A stretch of 64,000 nt of DNA, from positions 12,805 through 76,804 of the forward strand of contig DATDFK010000004.1 of assembly GCA_036522655.1 (NCBI GenBank). Reading direction: 5' to 3'. Under the pieces are notes generated by a model. The model made no database searches. It was not told the DNA's origin and was given only the letters and a program-made list of their open reading frames with translations. Below, one piece after another: positions 40,301-50,229 of this stretch. Numbering within the stretch: position 1 is the first letter of the stretch; each line of letters begins with the position of its first letter. Origin of the DNA: Pyrinomonadaceae bacterium. GTDB lineage: Bacteria > Acidobacteriota > Blastocatellia > Pyrinomonadales > Pyrinomonadaceae. Both the position numbers and the translations under genes were made by a program.

Positions 40301-42274
40301 ATGATTCTTCAGCACCTTTTACCTCACCGGGACAGGGACGGAGCAGCGTTACAGATGAGAGCCGCGCTAATATCAACTCCTTCACTTCGAGCAGGCGTCA
40401 AAGGCGTACGCGTGGCGGCGCTCTTGCTGGCTTCCGTGATGCTCGCCCTCTTCCTTGCCTCCGGCGCTTACGCGCAAACAGAGCCGGGAGAAGAGAGCGC
40501 CGACATGTCCCGGCGCGAGACCGGAACCGCGAAATCCGTGATCACGGGGAAGGCCGTCTACGACGATAATGGTCGGCCCGTGCGCCGCGCCAGTATCATG
40601 CTCATCGACCTGGGCAACACGCAGCAATCACCCGATAAATTTTCGACGGCCACCGATGTTAATGGAAAGTTCAAAATCAAAAACGTCCCCGCCGGTAATT
40701 ACCTTGTGATGGTGGACGCGCCGGGAGTGCTGACGCCACTGGCTTTTATAAACCTGGACGAGGACAGAACGCCGACACCGGCTGATTTCGTCGAGGCGCG
40801 CAAGAATTTCGACGAGGTGGTCGTCGATGGAACCAACGAGGTCAAGGTGGAGGTGCGCGCGCGGCGCGGCGGGGCCATCTCCGGGAAGATCACGTACAAG
40901 GATGGCGACCCTGCCATCAACGTGCTGATCTCGATCGTGCGTAAAGGGGAAGCGGGCGTCGGCGGTCGTTTCATCCCCGGCTTCAATCCAAGCTCGCTGA
41001 TGGGGATGCATACGGACGATCGCGGCATGTATCGTGTCGCCGGTTTGCCTCCGGGCGAGTATCTTGTCAGCGCTGCGGAACCCAACACGCGCGTTGACGA
41101 TGCGAGCGGACAGGTGCAGACCGGCGGCATGGATAGATTCATGCGCGAAGTCTTTACCAGTGATGCGCTCGCCGTCACCTACTACGGCGATGCCAGGACT
41201 GCGCGCGATGCGACGACGATCAAGGTCGAACCGGGCGATGAACGAAGCGACATCAACATCACCCTCATCGAGCATCAGAACTTCCTCGTCAGCGGCACGC
41301 TCACCTCAAAGCGCGACCATCGCCCCTTGAAGCGTGCGACGCTCAAGCTTCACAGCAAGGAAGATTACGGCGGGCTCTTTCCCACAGAGCGTACGACGCA
41401 GACGGATGAGCAGGGCAACTGGCTTTTCGGCGCTGTGCCCGACGGAACCTACATCATCGCGGTCGAGCCGCCTTATGAACCGGCTACGACCACGGCGGCC
41501 ACCACCGCCACCTCCGCAAACAGTGACGAGCCGCAGCCGGTTCAGCCCGCTCCGCTCACACGGCCCAGGCTCTCGCCAAAGCAACAGGAGGTCACCGTCA
41601 ACGGAAGCGACATGACAGCGCTGGCGATAGAATTAAGCGAAAGGGCGGGTCTTTCGGGGACGGTCGCCTTCGAGGACAGCAGAAAGCCGCCCGGATACAT
41701 GACAATCGGGATCGAGCGTATTGACGGGGTCAAAGCGATCGAGACGGGATACGCTACGGTCGATCCTGATACAGGAAGGTTCAGTTTTGAAGGCTTGGCG
41801 GCGGGCGAGATTTTTCTGACCGCAACGCTCTACCAGAACAACAACTATTACATCAAATCAGTCACGCTCAATGGACGAGACCTGCTGCGCGAACCGCTCA
41901 AGCTCGGCGAGAGCGATCAGATCAAGGGCGTGCAGGTCGTCATGTCGTCCAATACGGCAACGCTCGTCGGGCGCGTGCTGGACAATGTGGGCGGCAAACC
42001 GCGCGGCGGCGTCCTCATCGGTCTGGTTCCCAACGCCGCGCAGCGTTGGCGCGCTCAATCGGGTCGTCTCTACGCACGCACGAACGGCGCAGGCGAGTTT
42101 AAATTAAGCGGCCCGCCGGGCGAATACTTAGTCTTCGTCTGGCCGTCAGACAAGGCGTCGGAAACACTTAACGAAAGCTATATCAGAACGCACGCTGCCG
42201 ATGCGCAGCGCGTCACCATGCAGCCGGGCGGGCGACATGCCGCCGATTTTCTATTGCCCGGCCAACAGAATTAA
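40301..42274 (+). CDS. Secreted carboxypeptidase-regulatory-like domain repeat protein
   Basis: Repeated G-x-F/Y-x-hydrophobic..GxY.. beta-sandwich units (GKFKIKNVPAGNYLV, GMYRVAGLPPGEYLV, GNWLFGAVPDGTYII). Confidence 0.65.
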   Translation: MILQHLLPHRDRDGAALQMRAALISTPSLRAGVKGVRVAALLLASVMLALFLASGAYAQTEPGEESADMSRRETGTAKSVITGKAVYDDNGRPVRRASIMLIDLGNTQQSPDKFSTATDVNGKFKIKNVPAGNYLVMVDAPGVLTPLAFINLDEDRTPTPADFVEARKNFDEVVVDGTNEVKVEVRARRGGAISGKITYKDGDPAINVLISIVRKGEAGVGGRFIPGFNPSSLMGMHTDDRGMYRVAGLPPGEYLVSAAEPNTRVDDASGQVQTGGMDRFMREVFTSDALAVTYYGDARTARDATTIKVEPGDERSDINITLIEHQNFLVSGTLTSKRDHRPLKRATLKLHSKEDYGGLFPTERTTQTDEQGNWLFGAVPDGTYIIAVEPPYEPATTTAATTATSANSDEPQPVQPAPLTRPRLSPKQQEVTVNGSDMTALAIELSERAGLSGTVAFEDSRKPPGYMTIGIERIDGVKAIETGYATVDPDTGRFSFEGLAAGEIFLTATLYQNNNYYIKSVTLNGRDLLREPLKLGESDQIKGVQVVMSSNTATLVGRVLDNVGGKPRGGVLIGLVPNAAQRWRAQSGRLYARTNGAGEFKLSGPPGEYLVFVWPSDKASETLNESYIRTHAADAQRVTMQPGGRHAADFLLPGQQN

Positions 42275-42279
42275 GAATC

Positions 42280-44229
42280 ATGAAGCCTCTAAAATCTCTT
42301 CACACATTCCATCGCGCCCCGGTCAACTCCTGTTTCGCTCGCGGCTATCTCTCGCTCGCGGCGCTCATCGCCGTCCTGCTTTTCGCAAGCGTCGCGGGCG
42401 CGCAATCCGGCAGGGCGCAGAGAGAGCGCGTCGTCGGCAGCAGCAATTCAGTCCCCGCGCCGCGACAGGCGCAGAGCGGGCAGTCGGTCGTGACGGGCCG
42501 CGTCCTCTACGAAGAGACGAATAAGCCCGTGCGCGGGGCGCGCGTCAGAATCTCTTCTCGGCAGGGCAGAGGCCCGGCCGGTGCGACCGTCACGAACGAG
42601 CGCGGCGAGTTTCGCTTTGAAGGCTTGGCGGCGGGCGAGTATTACGTCATCGCCACCCCGGTCGATGCGACTTCGGTGGGCGCTGCGACCTTCCGCGTGC
42701 CGCTGCCGACCGGCGACCCGCAGGCGGACGACGCCGCCTTCGCAGCGGCCCGCAGAGAGAACGGCATGGGCGGCGGCGCGGCCGAAGTCTCCGTTGACGG
42801 CACGGGCGAGGCGCGTGTCGAGATTCGTGTGCCGCGCCAGCCGAAAGGCGGCACTGTCAAAGGGCGCGTCGCTTATGAAGATGGCAAGGCGGCGGCTAAC
42901 GCGCAGGTTGTTTTCCTGAACAGGGCTGAGGTCAGGGGACGCATGCTGGGCCCAACCAAGCTTTCAGCCCTGACGGACAAGAACGGCGAATATAGCATCA
43001 GCGGTCTTCCGCCCGGCGACTACCTTGTCAGCGCCCGCCTGGAGGAACCGCGCATCATAGACAAGCAGGGCCGCGTCATCGGCGGCGGGCTCCTGATCCT
43101 CACCTATTACCCTTCGGCCACGAGCACGCAGAGCGCCACGCCCGTTCACCTGGACGATAGCCAGGCGCTCAGCGATGTCAACATCACGCTCGTCAAGCGC
43201 GCCACGCACATCATTAACGGCACGCTCGTTTCACGCAGCAGCGGCAGCGCCCGCCCGCTTGCCGGTATTCATGTGCGCTTGAGGAACAGAGACGACCTTG
43301 ACTTGCCTTTCTCCACGGGCACGGACGATCGCTTCATCTGGACGGACGCGCAGGGGCGCTTCTCTTTCAATAACGTCATGGATGGCGACTACGTGATCTC
43401 CATCGGAGGAGGAATGAATTCTGCGCCTCCCACGCTCGCGCGGCCGTCGGCACAGGGAGCGCCAGTGCGGCTGGGGCTTCCGCCACGGATGCGCGATATG
43501 TCGCAGATGCCCGAGCGTTTCCCGCGCGGCGGCTCGTCACAGATGTTGATCGAAAAGCAGCAGGAGGTCAGGGTCGCCGGAGCGGACGTTAATAACCTGA
43601 CGATCGAACTGTCCGAGGGCGGGCGCATCTCCGGCCGCGTGGTCATCGAAGGCGAGGGAAGGATTCCTTCAAGGCTCGTTATCACCTCGGAGCTGAAACC
43701 CGGCGAGAGACGCCCGAGCGCGTTCGTGCGCCCAGACCCCGATGGCAACTTCACTATGAGCGGAGTGCCCGAAGGCCCGCTCTCTCTGGATGTCATCATC
43801 TCTCCGCCGCAGCCCCTCTACGTCAAGTCGATCACGGCCAACGGCGTGGACATACGCACACAGCCCCTGATGATCAGTGACGGGACGGAGATCAGGGACG
43901 TAGTCGTCCTGCTCTCTTCGGATGTCGCCACGCTGACGGGCCGGGTGCTGGCAAACGACGGCACGCCCCTGCGCGGCGCGACCGTGCTGCTTGCTCCGGC
44001 AGATAGAAACGGGGGGCGTATGAGCCGGGGTCGCCTGATTTCCGTGACCGATGGCGGCGGCAGGTTTATAATCACGGCAGCGCCCGGCGAATATGCGGCG
44101 GTCGTCTGGACTGGTCTTCCGCCGTCCGACGAAGAAGCTTTCAGGGCGCTCGCAGAGAGAGCGCCGCGCGTCTCCTTGCAGGTGGGCGAGAGAAAAGATT
44201 TAGACTTGGTCGCGCCCACTGAAAAGTAG
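42280..44229 (+). CDS. Secreted carboxypeptidase-regulatory-like domain repeat protein (paralogue)
   Basis: GEFRFEGLAAGEYYV, GEYSISGLPPGDYLV, GRFSFNNVMDGDYVI. Starts 6 nt after previous stop. Confidence 0.7.
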   Translation: MKPLKSLHTFHRAPVNSCFARGYLSLAALIAVLLFASVAGAQSGRAQRERVVGSSNSVPAPRQAQSGQSVVTGRVLYEETNKPVRGARVRISSRQGRGPAGATVTNERGEFRFEGLAAGEYYVIATPVDATSVGAATFRVPLPTGDPQADDAAFAAARRENGMGGGAAEVSVDGTGEARVEIRVPRQPKGGTVKGRVAYEDGKAAANAQVVFLNRAEVRGRMLGPTKLSALTDKNGEYSISGLPPGDYLVSARLEEPRIIDKQGRVIGGGLLILTYYPSATSTQSATPVHLDDSQALSDVNITLVKRATHIINGTLVSRSSGSARPLAGIHVRLRNRDDLDLPFSTGTDDRFIWTDAQGRFSFNNVMDGDYVISIGGGMNSAPPTLARPSAQGAPVRLGLPPRMRDMSQMPERFPRGGSSQMLIEKQQEVRVAGADVNNLTIELSEGGRISGRVVIEGEGRIPSRLVITSELKPGERRPSAFVRPDPDGNFTMSGVPEGPLSLDVIISPPQPLYVKSITANGVDIRTQPLMISDGTEIRDVVVLLSSDVATLTGRVLANDGTPLRGATVLLAPADRNGGRMSRGRLISVTDGGGRFIITAAPGEYAAVVWTGLPPSDEEAFRALAERAPRVSLQVGERKDLDLVAPTEK

Positions 44230-44338
44230 TCTTCCGAGGTCGCGCGCGCGTTGCGACCTCGGAAGATGTTTCTATCCTCTTGCTCCCCCGTAATCCCCTC
44301 ACGAGTTAGAAGAATTCCTGCCCGTCCGAGGTGGCAGT

Positions 44339-44785
44339 GTGCCGGAACTGGTGCGTTCAATTATTGCGCGGTTGCGGGGCGCGGTGGGCAATCGCCGCCG
44401 CGCCAGGCGTTATCGCGTGCGCATGCAGGTCAGCGTCGCCTTGCTCGACATCAAGCAGGTCGCCGAGAGCGCGATCGCGCGTCGTCCGCCAAAGATCGAA
44501 GGCCATACGCGCGACCTCAGTGCGACGGGGCTGGCGCTGATCGTGCCGACCATACGCGTCGGCGAATACTACTTGACGGGCCAGGGCCGCCGCCTGCTCC
44601 TCACGCTCGAACTCTCGACGGGCCCACTCTCCATTCACGTCGTCCCCGTCCGCTACGAACAGTTGGACGAAGGCGGCACGGAGACGGGCTATATCATCGG
44701 CACACACATCACGGAAATAAGCGACGACGACCGCACACGCTTCAACGCATACCTTGAAGAGCTAAGGATGAAGGATGAAGGATGA
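44339..44785 (+). CDS. PilZ domain protein (c-di-GMP receptor)
   Basis: RxxxR (NRRRARRYRV) and DxSxxG (DLSATGLAL) motifs. GTG start. C-terminal K-D-E-G-stop encoded by repeat A3. Confidence 0.7.
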   Translation: MPELVRSIIARLRGAVGNRRRARRYRVRMQVSVALLDIKQVAESAIARRPPKIEGHTRDLSATGLALIVPTIRVGEYYLTGQGRRLLLTLELSTGPLSIHVVPVRYEQLDEGGTETGYIIGTHITEISDDDRTRFNAYLEELRMKDEG

Positions 44786-44870
44786 AGGATGAAGGATGAA
44801 GGATGAAAGAAATGCTTCCGTGTCTTGAATGCTTTACTTCATCCTTCCGCCTTCATCCTTCATCCTTAAA
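44765..44870. repeat. Family A palindromic repeat, copy 3
   Basis: (GGATGAA)x5-AGAAATGCTTCCGTGTCTTGAATGCTTTAC-(TTCATCC/TTCCGCC)x4. Convergent genes on both sides terminate inside arms. Confidence 0.8.
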
Positions 44871-45512
44871 TTCGATCTCGCCGAAGGCTTGTGGGACGTG
44901 GAAGTTGGGGCGCGGCGTGCGCGTCGGTCGCCATGCGAGGTAGCCGCGCTCGTCGCCCGTGCCGACGCAGCGAAAAAGATTTGCGCGCCAGCGCTCGCCC
45001 TCATCAGGCAATCGGCCCAAAGCGGCCCAGGGAATCCGCATCGCGATTAAAATCTGATCGGCGGATATGCGAGCGGCGGCGGTCATGCCTGAATTGAATT
45101 CCCACAGCGTCTCGCGCGCGTCCGCGCGCTGGATAATGGAGAGGTCTAGCCATTCGCCCGTCGGCGCGGCCTCGAACTCGAAATAATGCTCGGGCGCGCT
45201 CGGGTCTGTCGCGATGAAGATTTCGCACACGTCGCGTTCCCACAGGCCAATCGTCTTCGACTCAGTTTGCGGCGTCGCGTTCACTATCAACGGCTCGTCC
45301 TGACGACAAACGAAGCGCACAGAGATGGCCGAGCGTGACCAGACTATGCGCGCTTCGGCGTGACGAGCGGCGGGCGCTTCCTCGCCCGACCAGTATCTTG
45401 TCAGGCGGACGGGCGTCGCGCTCTGCCATACTTCATGGTCAAGCTCAGCCGCCGCCACGTCCGCGTCCGTGTGATACGCTTCGATTACATCTTTAGTGTC
45501 GAGCATCGTCAT
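44853..45512 (-). CDS. Hypothetical protein, possibly CBM9/DOMON-like beta-sandwich
   Basis: EHYFEFEAAPTGEWLDL block. C-terminal FKDEG-stop from repeat A3 arm. Confidence 0.45.
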   Translation of the reverse strand: MTMLDTKDVIEAYHTDADVAAAELDHEVWQSATPVRLTRYWSGEEAPAARHAEARIVWSRSAISVRFVCRQDEPLIVNATPQTESKTIGLWERDVCEIFIATDPSAPEHYFEFEAAPTGEWLDLSIIQRADARETLWEFNSGMTAAARISADQILIAMRIPWAALGRLPDEGERWRANLFRCVGTGDERGYLAWRPTRTPRPNFHVPQAFGEIEFKDEG

Positions 45513-45520
45513 CTTGAACA

Positions 45521-45596
45521 GGTCAGTACCGCCAAAGGTCTCGGGCGGGTAACGCGACTTGAGAAGCCGCCCGGCTTAAGCAGGCGGTAACTGACC
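45521..45596. repeat. Family B palindromic repeat, copy 3 (right arm degenerate)
   Basis: GGTCAGTACCGCCAAAGGTCTCGGGCGGGT ... GCCGCCCGGCTTAAGCAGGCGGTAACTGACC. Overlaps 3-prime end of the LOG-family gene. Confidence 0.65.
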
Positions 45597-46151
45597 CGGA
45601 TTAGCCTGATTGAATGCTTCGAGGCAGGCGGAGAGCAATCGCGCCGGGTCTTCGCCGTGAAGGACACATGCGCCCGTCGCCTTGGGGAATATTTGCAGCA
45701 GGCGCTCGGCCTCGTCGGCGACGCCGCCCGTCCCCGTCAGGCATCCGATGATCTTCCCCTCATCGTGAGCGATCGTAAACTCGTTGAGCGCGCCCATAGA
45801 GCCCGCGACGAAGAGCACTATGTCGCACGAGCGCACGAGCACTACGTTGCGTCCCTTGAGACCGAAGCCCGTGTAGATGATCAGGTCGCAGGCATCCGTC
45901 GGAAGCTCGTAATGCGAGACATGCTCGCGCTCGTTGCTCGCGGGCGAGACGCCTATGTGCAGCGCCCCGGACTCGCGAGCCGTCTTGCCGACGATATAGA
46001 CGAGCCCCGTCGTCGCGCCCGTCATCAACGCCGCGTCTTCCAGGGCGGCGACGGCGCGCCCCAACGCTTCGGCACGCTCGCGCAAAGCGTCGGCCACGCC
46101 ATCAGGCAAAGCGTCATCCGCCGAACCCATCACGCCGATTTTGATTAACAT
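45576..46151 (-). CDS. LOG/TIGR00725-family protein (Rossmann-like, lysine-decarboxylase-like fold)
   Basis: IGVMGSA..GGxxGxMxA-like motifs (VAGSMGALNE), short about 190 aa. Confidence 0.7.
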   Translation of the reverse strand: MLIKIGVMGSADDALPDGVADALRERAEALGRAVAALEDAALMTGATTGLVYIVGKTARESGALHIGVSPASNEREHVSHYELPTDACDLIIYTGFGLKGRNVVLVRSCDIVLFVAGSMGALNEFTIAHDEGKIIGCLTGTGGVADEAERLLQIFPKATGACVLHGEDPARLLSACLEAFNQANPGQLPPA

Positions 46152-46240
46152 AATTATCGGGGAGAACTCAGGAGTCAGGACTCAGAACTCAGCATTTAAA
46201 GACAAGCTCTTCATTCTGAATCCTGAGTCCTGTGTTCTGA

Positions 46241-48289
46241 CTACTTCTTTCTATACTTCTCGAACCAGCCGCGCAGGTAGAGTATCTGAGAAATTCTGTT
46301 GGACGGATGGCGCAGGCCGGGAACGGCGTTGATCGGGTGATACTCGTCGGCGATACGCACCATCATCGTATCCACTTTGCGCATCTTGAGAGCGCGGTAG
46401 AACTGCTCCGTCTGTTCCATCGGCGTGCGCAGGTCAAGCTCGCCGGTCATCAACATGGTCGGCGTCTTGACGTTGCCGACATAGGTGATCGGGGAGCGGC
46501 GCAGATGCTCCTGTGGGTCTTCCCAGGGAAGCTTCTTGAAGTTGTAGTACCAGTCGGAGAAGTCCGTCGTTCCGACAAAGCTGTACCAGTTGACGACGGG
46601 CTTCATGGCGACCGCCGCCGCAAAGCGATCGGTGTGGCCCACGATCCACGTCGTCAAGACGCCGCCGCCGCTGCCGCCGCAGACAAATAGATTCCTCTCG
46701 TCGATGTAGCCGCGCTTGATGACTTCGTCCACGCCCGTCATCAGGTCGTTGTAATCTTCGCCCGGATAGTTGTTGTTGATGGCGTTGCCGAACTCCTGCC
46801 CGTAGCCCGTCGAGCCGCGCGGGTTCGTGTAGAGCACGACGTAGCCTTCGGCAGCATGATTCTGAAACTCGAAGTTCATCCCGACACCGTACATCCCGTG
46901 CGGGCCGCCGTGAATGTAGAGCATGAGCGGGTATTTCTTCGAGGGGTCGAAATCCGGCGGCTTGACTATCCATCCCTGAATCTTCTTATTGCCGACGGAG
47001 TCGTACCAGATTTCCTCTACCTCTCCGAGCTTGCGGCCTTCGAGCAGATCATCGTTGACGGCGGTCAGCCTGTGCGGCGCGCGGAAATCGCCGGGATCGG
47101 TGGCGGGCTTGGCCCTCGTCGCGTTCACCATGAAGGTGACGACATCTCCGGCCTCTGTGGCGCTGGAGAGGATGCCGACGGCGCGTCCCTGACGGCTGAT
47201 CGAAGAGGTCAGAAGCTGGTGATTGCCCTCGGTAATCTGTACGGGCGCGCCGCCCTTGACGGGCTCAAACCAGAGATTGTTGGTGCCGCGATCTTCCGTC
47301 GTGAAGTAGATGCCGCTTCCGTCATGGGCCCAGATCAGGTTGTTGGGGTCGCGGTCGAACTCTGCGGTCAGTGGCCGACGATTCGCGCCGCTCGCCTCCA
47401 TCAGGTAAAGCTTCGAGACGTTGTAAGTATTGTCGTTCTGATCATAGCCGGTGTAGGCGATGAGACGGCCATCGGGCGAGACCGTAGGGTTCGTGTCGGG
47501 CCCGTTGCGATCGGTCAGTGCTCTCGCCTGACCGCCACGCAAAGAGAGCGCGTAGATGTCTTCGCCGCCGCGCACGTATTCTGCTTCGGGCTTGCGCACG
47601 GCGCTGAAGATGAGCGTCTGCGAATCGGGCATCCATTCGGGTTCGTCGTAGTTATAGTCGCCGTCGGTCAGTTGGCGTGGCGTGCCGCCCGTGTCGGGCA
47701 CGACGAAGATGTGCTCGAAGCCTTCGGGCCGGAAGCCGGACTGGTCTGAGCGATAGTTGAGGCGATCGACGACGCGCGGCGGGTCGACCCACTTCGCTCC
47801 CTCCGGCTTCTCCGGCATCTTGATTCTCATCTCGGCCTTGGCCTTGACGAGCATGTTGAAGGCGATGTACTTGCCGTCGGGCGACCACTTGAGATTGGAA
47901 GGGCTGCGCTCCAGCCGCGTCAACTGCGTCTCTTCACCCGTGTCCACCCACTTGACGAATATCTGCGAGCCGGAGGGTTGGCCCTGTGCGATGTAGGCGA
48001 TGCGCGTCCCGTCCGGCGACCAGACGGGCTGCGAGCCCTTGACCAGAAAACGCTTTCTGCCGCCGTCCGCGTTCATAATCCAAACGTCGGTCTCGTACTT
48101 ATCGTTGATCTTGTCCGTCCAGCGCCGTGTGAAGACGATGCGGCTGCCGTCCGGCGAGATTTGCGGCGACGAGGCCCACTCCCAATCCAGATAAAGATCG
48201 ATCGACAAACGATTCCCCTCAGCCGCCCACGCGCCGCAGGCGAGGATGAGGATTAAAAGAGTTGCCGGATAAACAATCCTGCGATGCAT
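46241..48289 (-). CDS. S9-family serine peptidase (prolyl oligopeptidase/acylaminoacyl peptidase type) with N-terminal beta-propeller
   Basis: ORF trimmed to MHRRIVYPATLLILILACGAWA signal with AAGGAGA ribosome-binding site. Catalytic GGSGGG serine motif, C-terminal D and H. Confidence 0.85.
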   Translation of the reverse strand: MHRRIVYPATLLILILACGAWAAEGNRLSIDLYLDWEWASSPQISPDGSRIVFTRRWTDKINDKYETDVWIMNADGGRKRFLVKGSQPVWSPDGTRIAYIAQGQPSGSQIFVKWVDTGEETQLTRLERSPSNLKWSPDGKYIAFNMLVKAKAEMRIKMPEKPEGAKWVDPPRVVDRLNYRSDQSGFRPEGFEHIFVVPDTGGTPRQLTDGDYNYDEPEWMPDSQTLIFSAVRKPEAEYVRGGEDIYALSLRGGQARALTDRNGPDTNPTVSPDGRLIAYTGYDQNDNTYNVSKLYLMEASGANRRPLTAEFDRDPNNLIWAHDGSGIYFTTEDRGTNNLWFEPVKGGAPVQITEGNHQLLTSSISRQGRAVGILSSATEAGDVVTFMVNATRAKPATDPGDFRAPHRLTAVNDDLLEGRKLGEVEEIWYDSVGNKKIQGWIVKPPDFDPSKKYPLMLYIHGGPHGMYGVGMNFEFQNHAAEGYVVLYTNPRGSTGYGQEFGNAINNNYPGEDYNDLMTGVDEVIKRGYIDERNLFVCGGSGGGVLTTWIVGHTDRFAAAVAMKPVVNWYSFVGTTDFSDWYYNFKKLPWEDPQEHLRRSPITYVGNVKTPTMLMTGELDLRTPMEQTEQFYRALKMRKVDTMMVRIADEYHPINAVPGLRHPSNRISQILYLRGWFEKYRKK

Positions 48290-48525
48290 TGATATTCTCC
48301 TTCGCGTCGTTGATAGCACACGCTTTCTCTTAAGGACGGAAAACCGGAGCGCGAACTGTCGAGTCCGGCTCAAGAAAGTGCGGGCCGTCTGGTGAAATTC
48401 GTTTCGCCCTTGTGATATAGTCTGGCCCTGTAAGAAGGCGTCAAATGAATCATGCTTGCCGCCGCAGCCTGAGCGCTCTCTTCGATCAAACCCGAAACCA
48501 CAGCCGTCCGTTTTAGGAAGATAAA

Positions 48526-50115
48526 ATGATAACCATCATCAACCCCCAACGCTATCTACGCAACATGCTATTGACGATCAGCGTGATCATGCTATCGAGC
48601 GCGGGCCCAGCGCAAGCGCAAGACCTGAAAGGAGGCGCGGGGATGTTGACGCCTCCGCCGCCGAAGACTTCGACCCGACCGAAGACGGGCCCGGCGCGCA
48701 GCACTCGTCCGCGCCCGCCCGCGTCGACTACGACTGCCGGGCGCGGGACGAATGAACCGGGCGTCGAGATAGCTTATTGGCAGACGATCAAGGACAGTAC
48801 TGACCCGGAGGATTTTAGAGCCTATCTCAAAGATTTTCCAAACGGGCGATTTGTCGCGCTCGCGCGCAACCGTCTCAAGAGCCTCGGCACTTCGGGCGCT
48901 ACCACGTCACAACCCGCCGCCACGGCTGCGGCTGCTGCGACCACTACGTCCGGCGGTGATGCGGAGACTCTAAATAAGCGCGGCAACGATCTCTACACTG
49001 CCGGGCAATACGCACAGGCCACGGAGCAGTACAAGCAGGCGATACGCGCCGATCCCGATTACGCCGTCGCCTACTATAATCTCGGCAACGCCTATGCGGT
49101 GCAGAAGCGCTACGCGGAAGCCATCGAACAGTTCAAGATATACATACGCATGCAGCCGGACGACGCGGACGGCTACAACCGTCTCGGCCTCGCCTACGAC
49201 GCAACGCAGCGCGAAGCAGATGCCATGGAGCAGTACAAGCAGGCGATACGCGTGCAGCCCGATTACGCCGTCGCCTACTACAACCTGGGTCTCTCCTACC
49301 AGGCGCGGCAGAACTACAGCGAGGCCGCCGATCTCTTCAAGCAATACATTCGTCTCAAGCCGGATGATGCCGACGGGTACTACAATCTGGGCAACACTTA
49401 TTTCACGATGCAGCGCTACCCGGAAGCCATCGAGCAGATCAAGGAAGCGATTCGTCGTAACAATACCAACGCGGGTTGGTACAACAAGCTCGGCCTCATC
49501 TACGACGCGCAGCAGCAACCCGCCGAAGCCATCGCGCAGTATAATCAAGCCCTGCGACTCAAGCCGGACTTCGCCGTCGCCTACTACAACCTGGGTCTCT
49601 CCTATCGCGCGCAAAAACGTTTCGCCGAAGCGATAGACCACTTCAAACGCTATATCACCATGCAGCCCACGGACGGCGACGGCTATTACCAGCTCGGCTA
49701 CGCCTATTTCTCACAGCAGCGTTATAGCGAGGCGCTTGAGCCGCTGCAACGCGCCGTGCAACTCAACACCAAAGACCCTGACTGGTACAACAGGCTCGGG
49801 CTGACCTACGCCGCGCTCGATCGTCCTAACGAAGCCATCGAACAATACAAGCAATCGTTGCGCGCCAAGAGCGACTACGCCGTGGCCCATTACAACCTCG
49901 GCCTCTCCTATCGCGCGCAGAAGCGCTTCTCCGAATCCGCCGACGAGTTCAGGCAATACATACGCATGCAGCCACAGGACGCCGACGGCTACTACGGCCT
50001 CGGCGTCACCTATCTCTGGATGGGCAACAAGAGCGGCGCGATGGAGCAGTACCAATCGCTCCAAAGGTTGAACTCCGAACTGGCGGAGAAACTTCTCAGC
50101 CAGATAAATCAATAA
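48526..50115 (+). CDS. Secreted tetratricopeptide-repeat protein (about 11 TPR units)
   Basis: Recurrent AYYNLGxxY..A/EAIEQYK units. Signal peptide. Confidence 0.8.
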   Translation: MITIINPQRYLRNMLLTISVIMLSSAGPAQAQDLKGGAGMLTPPPPKTSTRPKTGPARSTRPRPPASTTTAGRGTNEPGVEIAYWQTIKDSTDPEDFRAYLKDFPNGRFVALARNRLKSLGTSGATTSQPAATAAAAATTTSGGDAETLNKRGNDLYTAGQYAQATEQYKQAIRADPDYAVAYYNLGNAYAVQKRYAEAIEQFKIYIRMQPDDADGYNRLGLAYDATQREADAMEQYKQAIRVQPDYAVAYYNLGLSYQARQNYSEAADLFKQYIRLKPDDADGYYNLGNTYFTMQRYPEAIEQIKEAIRRNNTNAGWYNKLGLIYDAQQQPAEAIAQYNQALRLKPDFAVAYYNLGLSYRAQKRFAEAIDHFKRYITMQPTDGDGYYQLGYAYFSQQRYSEALEPLQRAVQLNTKDPDWYNRLGLTYAALDRPNEAIEQYKQSLRAKSDYAVAHYNLGLSYRAQKRFSESADEFRQYIRMQPQDADGYYGLGVTYLWMGNKSGAMEQYQSLQRLNSELAEKLLSQINQ

Positions 50116-50138
50116 CAATTAACAGGGAAGAACAAGGC

Positions 50139-50229
50139 AAGGATAAAGGATGAAGGCGGAAGGATGAAGTAAAAGCTTTCAAGTCACGGAAGCTCTTCTT
50201 TCATCCTTCATCCTTCATCCTTCATCCTT
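50139..50229. repeat. Family A palindromic repeat, copy 4
   Basis: GGATAAAGGATGAAGGCGGAAGGATGAAG-GTAAAAGCTTTCAAGTCACGGAAGCTCTTCTTTC-(TTCATCC)x4. Confidence 0.75.

Noticed and set aside
46856-47749. 297-aa plus-strand ORF
   Set aside because: Antisense to the S9 peptidase gene (catalytic GGSGGG motif on minus strand).
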